Virus record (IMG/VR): IMGVR_UViG_3300025121_000014
Span: 96,001-160,000 of that record
Strand: one strand, 5' to 3'
Length of the DNA stretch: 64,000 nucleotides
Source of the DNA: a virus
Taxonomy: Duplodnaviria; Caudoviricetes
The notes beneath the pieces were generated by a model. The model was not told the origin of the DNA and did no database searches. It was given only the letters and a program-made list of their open reading frames with translations. Positions 59,660 to 64,000 of the stretch are shown piece by piece. The translations under genes were made by a program, and so were the position numbers. Positions within the stretch are counted from its first letter, which is position 1, and each line of letters starts with the position of its first letter.

Positions 59660-61276
59660 TTATTTTAAATTCTTTAAATATTTAAATTTTAAATTACCAG
59701 AATTATAAATTCTATAAATTTTTCTTTCTAACATAATTTGATGTTCTGATTTATTAGCATCATAACCTTCTTTAATTAAAACATCTTTTCTAAATCCAAA
59801 CCTGTGATATCTAATACCATCAACGACATAATAATAATTTGGTTTAGATGTATGTGAATATATGAATCCTAAATATTCATATAATTTTCCAGTTGAATGG
59901 CTTCTATCTGCATACGTAGTTATTTCTTTAAATTCATAATTTCTTATAAAATATTTAAATAATTTTGAAGCACCACCTATTACATTAGTATTTAATTTAT
60001 TACAAAATCTTAACATTTCGAACTGCTTTTCTTTTGAAACTGAATTCATCATTTTTCTTAATCCACCAAAAGTCATTAAACTAACTAATTCATCTTTATA
60101 AAATAATCCTATTTTAATAGATGATCCCATAAATCCTTGAATATGATTTTCAGCCAAAAAGTTTCTGACTAATTTATTATCTGTTATTTCTTTTACTTCT
60201 GTTTTTCTTGCATATATTTTATTTGATGTTTTACCTAACTTATTTAAAATCATTGATTTAACTATATCTTGTTTATAAATCCAATCATCTTCATAAATGT
60301 GTATTAATTGAATTTTTTTTTCATCACATAAATCAGATTTTATTTTATGATAATCGTTTGATTTATATAATTCATTATGCCAATAAACTCCATTAAATTC
60401 AAATGCTAATTTTAAATCAGGTAAATAAATATCTAATTCATAAGGATTTATTATATTCCTATCATTTGTAATAATTTCTTCTTTATAGTTTTCTTTTATA
60501 AAATCTGATATTTTTATTTCAGAATCAGATTTAAAATTGAAACCTATTGAATTACACTTAGTACATAACGTAGAATTTAAAATTAATCGATTTTTTAATA
60601 ATCCTTTATTTATTTTAAAAATTTGGTTACAATTATTACATTTAATAAAATAATCCGGATTATTATAATTTATAACTATAATATTATATTTATCTTTATA
60701 GTATTTGATGGAATTTTTATTTTTAATATTTTGTATTTTTTTATATAATTCTTGTTGTATTTCTTTAGATTTTAATCTATATTCAACTCCATATTTTTCT
60801 AAATTTGTTATTTTAATTTTATCCCATACTTCTTCTGTTTCTAAACCATATTTCTTTCCGTATTTACTTAAATTAGTATTTTGAAGTTTTTTAATTATTG
60901 TATTTGAATGCATAGGGTGATCAACACCATATTTTTTTAATAATGTATTTTTAGATTTTTCTTTTATTTTATCTAATTGAAAAATATTTTCAACATTATA
61001 TTTATCATTTAATCTTCTAATACATTTATCATTAGAACATTTTTTAGAGCAACAATATTCTTCTGTTAAATTATTAGTATTTTTGATATATTGGAAATAT
61101 TTTAATTTTTTTTCTAATCCACATATATCACATTTTACTTTAATTTCAACATGACTATTTTTTGATAAATCTGTTGGTTTTACCAATGAATATTTTAATA
61201 AAACATCATACCCTAATTGTTCATAATGTTTTTTTAATTTTCTATTATTAATTTTTACTTCTTTTGTAATAATCAT
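59660..61276 (-). CDS. Second Hef/Vsr-like homing endonuclease
   Basis: ELDIYLPDLKLAFEFNGVYWH; C-terminal half highly similar to 51202-52827. Confidence 0.75.
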   Translation of the reverse strand: MIITKEVKINNRKLKKHYEQLGYDVLLKYSLVKPTDLSKNSHVEIKVKCDICGLEKKLKYFQYIKNTNNLTEEYCCSKKCSNDKCIRRLNDKYNVENIFQLDKIKEKSKNTLLKKYGVDHPMHSNTIIKKLQNTNLSKYGKKYGLETEEVWDKIKITNLEKYGVEYRLKSKEIQQELYKKIQNIKNKNSIKYYKDKYNIIVINYNNPDYFIKCNNCNQIFKINKGLLKNRLILNSTLCTKCNSIGFNFKSDSEIKISDFIKENYKEEIITNDRNIINPYELDIYLPDLKLAFEFNGVYWHNELYKSNDYHKIKSDLCDEKKIQLIHIYEDDWIYKQDIVKSMILNKLGKTSNKIYARKTEVKEITDNKLVRNFLAENHIQGFMGSSIKIGLFYKDELVSLMTFGGLRKMMNSVSKEKQFEMLRFCNKLNTNVIGGASKLFKYFIRNYEFKEITTYADRSHSTGKLYEYLGFIYSHTSKPNYYYVVDGIRYHRFGFRKDVLIKEGYDANKSEHQIMLERKIYRIYNSGNLKFKYLKNLK

Positions 61277-61280
61277 AATA

Positions 61281-62213
61281 TTATATTTTTATTTTAAATT
61301 CTGTTAATGGAAATTCTTGTGGTTTATAAATTTTTTCTCTTCTTGATATATATTGATTATATATAATATTTTTATAAGATGGATGATATTGATCAACTAT
61401 ATCAAACACAACTAACTTTTCTTTATCTGCATGTAATCTTAATCCACGACCAATTGATTGTCTAATTATTTGATCTGATTTAAAACTGTCAGCAAAAACA
61501 ACATTCATTAAATTTTTAACATTTATACCTGTTGAAAATGTTCCAAATGACGCAATTAATATTTTTGGTTTATTATCCGATATCTCCATTATTTTTTTAA
61601 TTTTTTCTCTTTTATCTTTATTAGTACCACCGTCAATATAATAAAAGAATTTATCTGTAATATTATCTCTAAGATATTCATATAATTCTGTACCATATAT
61701 TATATTATGAAATAATATTAATGAATTGCTTGTAAACTTATCTACTAATTTTTTGAAGAACATTTTCCTTCTTAATGATTTTTGAGCAAATTCTTTTTCT
61801 AATAAATATGCTTCTTTTCCTTGACCTCTTTTTTTAATAGCATACATTTTTTGTGAGAAATCTTCTTCATCATGATTTAATATCATAGCATTAATTTTTA
61901 CCTTAGATACTAGACCTTTATCCATTAATTCTTTAGCTTTAACAGTCATTAATTTAGGTCCCATTAAAGATTGAATAGTAAGAATTTCGGCTGAACTATT
62001 CGGTGGATATGTTCCAGATAACCCCAATCTATAAATAGCATTACCAAATGTTTTAGATAGTATTGTATCTAAACTTTTTGCTTTTGCTACGTGGCAATTA
62101 CTAACACATATTCCATTAGCAAAATAATTATTATTTATATCATTTCCTTCTTTTATTCTTATATTATAAACGTCACCAGTATAATCTATTTTTTTAATTG
62201 ATTTAATTTTCAT
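61281..62213 (-). CDS. uvsW: 39-aa C-intein plus UvsW-like SF2 helicase C-fragment
   Basis: MKIKSIKKI..VYNI..NYFANGICVSN|CH; LGLSGT, QSIGRGLR. Confidence 0.85.
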   Translation of the reverse strand: MKIKSIKKIDYTGDVYNIRIKEGNDINNNYFANGICVSNCHVAKAKSLDTILSKTFGNAIYRLGLSGTYPPNSSAEILTIQSLMGPKLMTVKAKELMDKGLVSKVKINAMILNHDEEDFSQKMYAIKKRGQGKEAYLLEKEFAQKSLRRKMFFKKLVDKFTSNSLILFHNIIYGTELYEYLRDNITDKFFYYIDGGTNKDKREKIKKIMEISDNKPKILIASFGTFSTGINVKNLMNVVFADSFKSDQIIRQSIGRGLRLHADKEKLVVFDIVDQYHPSYKNIIYNQYISRREKIYKPQEFPLTEFKIKI

Positions 62214-62237
62214 TATAATTTTTTATCATTTTTATTT

Positions 62238-63293
62238 TTACATATTAAAATCTATAATATCATCATTTTCTAATAAATTGTCTACTCTTTTCCATATACC
62301 ATTTTTTAATAAAACTTTATGATTTCCTGTAATATAGATAAATTCACCATTTTCTAATTCTAATTCATACATATTTTCAAATTTAGATAAGTTTTTGTAA
62401 ACATAATCAACCTGTTTTATTTCTTTTTCTTTTGTTAATTCATTAAATGTCCATACTTCATCTCCTATATTAATATTTTTTATCATTTCTTTATTACCAG
62501 ATCCCATTTCTATTAAAGTATTAGGGTGTAAACATTCATCTGTGACAACAATATCAAATTTTTTGAAATAATTGATATCATATTTATCCGATGATAAACT
62601 TTGATAAGTTCCAATATAAATATTAGGTTCTTCACCATCTCTTACTTTTCTTGGCTTATCAGAAAATACTTCTTCTATTTTCAAATTAAATGGATTTGTT
62701 TGTTCTTTATTAAATCCTAAATTATAATCTAATATTTCATCGTAAAATTGAGTTACTAAACTCATTCTAGGTACAATTAATAGAACTTTAATATCAGGAT
62801 TGATAAACTTCATTATGTAAAATATAAACGTTGAAAATATAAGAGATTTTCCACCAGCAGTTGCTACTTCAATTAAACCAAATTTATATTTCAACATTTG
62901 AAATACAGCATCTATTTGATGTTCATAAGGCATAAATAATCCTAATGGATTATCTTTAGTTGGAGGAACTCTATAATTTTTAAAAAATTCTTCAACAAAT
63001 TCTTTAACATCTTCTAATTTGATATTTAAATCAAATGGAAATGATGTCTTATCGACATCAAATTTATAATCATGATTCCGACAACATTTATATACTTCTT
63101 TCCAAAGACCGTATCTTATAATACCATTATGAAAATGATCAATAGAACCATCCCAAACTCCTAATTTATGTCGTTTTTTAAAATGATATCCTTCTACTTT
63201 TCTAGTAAGATGTAATTTTAATTGATGATATTCTTCATGAGTAGATTCTTTAATTATTATCTTATTTTTGTCGTCTGTTATTACTAATTTCAT
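62238..63293 (-). CDS. uvsW: UvsW-like SF2 helicase N-fragment plus 98-aa N-intein (Cys1 at 62534)
   Basis: YEHQ, ATAGGKS Walker A, VVTDE|CLHPNT..ITGNHKV. Confidence 0.85.
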   Translation of the reverse strand: MKLVITDDKNKIIIKESTHEEYHQLKLHLTRKVEGYHFKKRHKLGVWDGSIDHFHNGIIRYGLWKEVYKCCRNHDYKFDVDKTSFPFDLNIKLEDVKEFVEEFFKNYRVPPTKDNPLGLFMPYEHQIDAVFQMLKYKFGLIEVATAGGKSLIFSTFIFYIMKFINPDIKVLLIVPRMSLVTQFYDEILDYNLGFNKEQTNPFNLKIEEVFSDKPRKVRDGEEPNIYIGTYQSLSSDKYDINYFKKFDIVVTDECLHPNTLIEMGSGNKEMIKNINIGDEVWTFNELTKEKEIKQVDYVYKNLSKFENMYELELENGEFIYITGNHKVLLKNGIWKRVDNLLENDDIIDFNM

Positions 63294-63294
63294 A

Positions 63295-63771
63295 TTAATT
63301 CGTTCCTAAAATATCCATTAATTGAATTCTGTTTTTAACAGCATAATTCATTGTAATAAAATTACTTGATGTATCTCTTAAAAATTTTATATGATTATCT
63401 AATAAATCTATTCTATATTGAAATTTTGCTATATCTGCTTCAATTAATCCGTTTTTATCTGATCCACTAGTTACCTTTATCTGGTATTTTGTTGAGTAGA
63501 ATTCAAATCTTTTCTTTTTTGCTTGTTTAATAGATGGCATATTTTTATACAAAATCAAAGAATATTTTCTAACCTGTTCAAGAACAATCTGTTGATAACT
63601 AATTATATCGGCTTGTACTTCTACAAGTTTTTTTACATCACCTTTAAGTGTAAATGAAATAGTTTTAACTAAATTATTCCAATAATTAACTTCCTTTTCT
63701 AAATCTATTTCAATTTTTTGAGTTTCGTTATCATATAATTTTGCTTTATCTAGTTCTTGTTCATCTGCCAT
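63295..63771 (-). CDS. UvsY-like recombination mediator
   Basis: Helical ~160-aa protein directly upstream of the UvsW-like gene, as in T4-like synteny. Confidence 0.45.
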   Translation of the reverse strand: MADEQELDKAKLYDNETQKIEIDLEKEVNYWNNLVKTISFTLKGDVKKLVEVQADIISYQQIVLEQVRKYSLILYKNMPSIKQAKKKRFEFYSTKYQIKVTSGSDKNGLIEADIAKFQYRIDLLDNHIKFLRDTSSNFITMNYAVKNRIQLMDILGTN

Positions 63772-64000
63772 ATTATTAAATCTTTTTTCTTTATATATTA
63801 ATAAGATATATTTGTTTATCTAAAAATAATTTTTAATATATTTTTACAAGTTTCATATGAATATTCAAAAAAAACATTGAAAGCTTTAGGTTTAAATTAT
63901 TGAGTTATCTTTCCAAAAATTATATATTTCAAATATTTATATATAATATAAAAATAAAGAATTGTTAAAATGGTACAAAAATTTTCTAATATTCAAAAAA

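Noticed and set aside
1-64000. CRISPR array or cas genes
   Set aside because: No regularly spaced repeat-spacer array seen; the recurring hairpins are IS ends or terminators.
1-64000. Genome-wide TAG or TGA recoding
   Set aside because: Multi-kb ORFs are open under code 11, Trp uses TGG, and both TAG and TGA end genes at plausible termini. Only isolated exceptions were found.

Overview
Very AT-rich segment of a large T4-like (huge/jumbo) tailed phage genome. The host is probably Bacteroidota, judged from TTTG-N20-TAnnTTTG promoters, the lack of obvious SD sites and lipobox lipoproteins. 1-23.3 kb is a virion adhesin/tail-fibre region (BspA-type LRR, Gly-rich beta-roll fibres, LamG proteins) with a duplicated gene cassette. 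23-46 kb holds mostly small accessory genes (NADAR/30.3-like, RtcB, HD, GNAT, Dam-like MTase, lipoproteins) and a tRNA whose canonical fold gives anticodon CUA (amber). 46-64 kb holds core genes (gp25-like wedge, terminase, probable clamp, frameshifted Dcm, UvsW, UvsY-like). Main finds: (1) TerL and UvsW are each fractured into two genes carrying naturally split inteins. The TerL intein is atypically split and its halves are ~2.6 kb apart, separated by a Hef/Vsr-like endonuclease and an IS. (2) One IS200/IS605-type family with shared ends (TTTAT before the left end, TTCAT at the right end) occurs as an intact tnpB element, a truncated one, several scars and two ORF-less ~350 bp elements. The ORF-less elements appear to express stand-alone omega-like RNAs from a phage-type promoter. 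(3) A putative amber-suppressor tRNA sits in an apparently standard-code genome. All assignments come from motif reading only; no searches were run.
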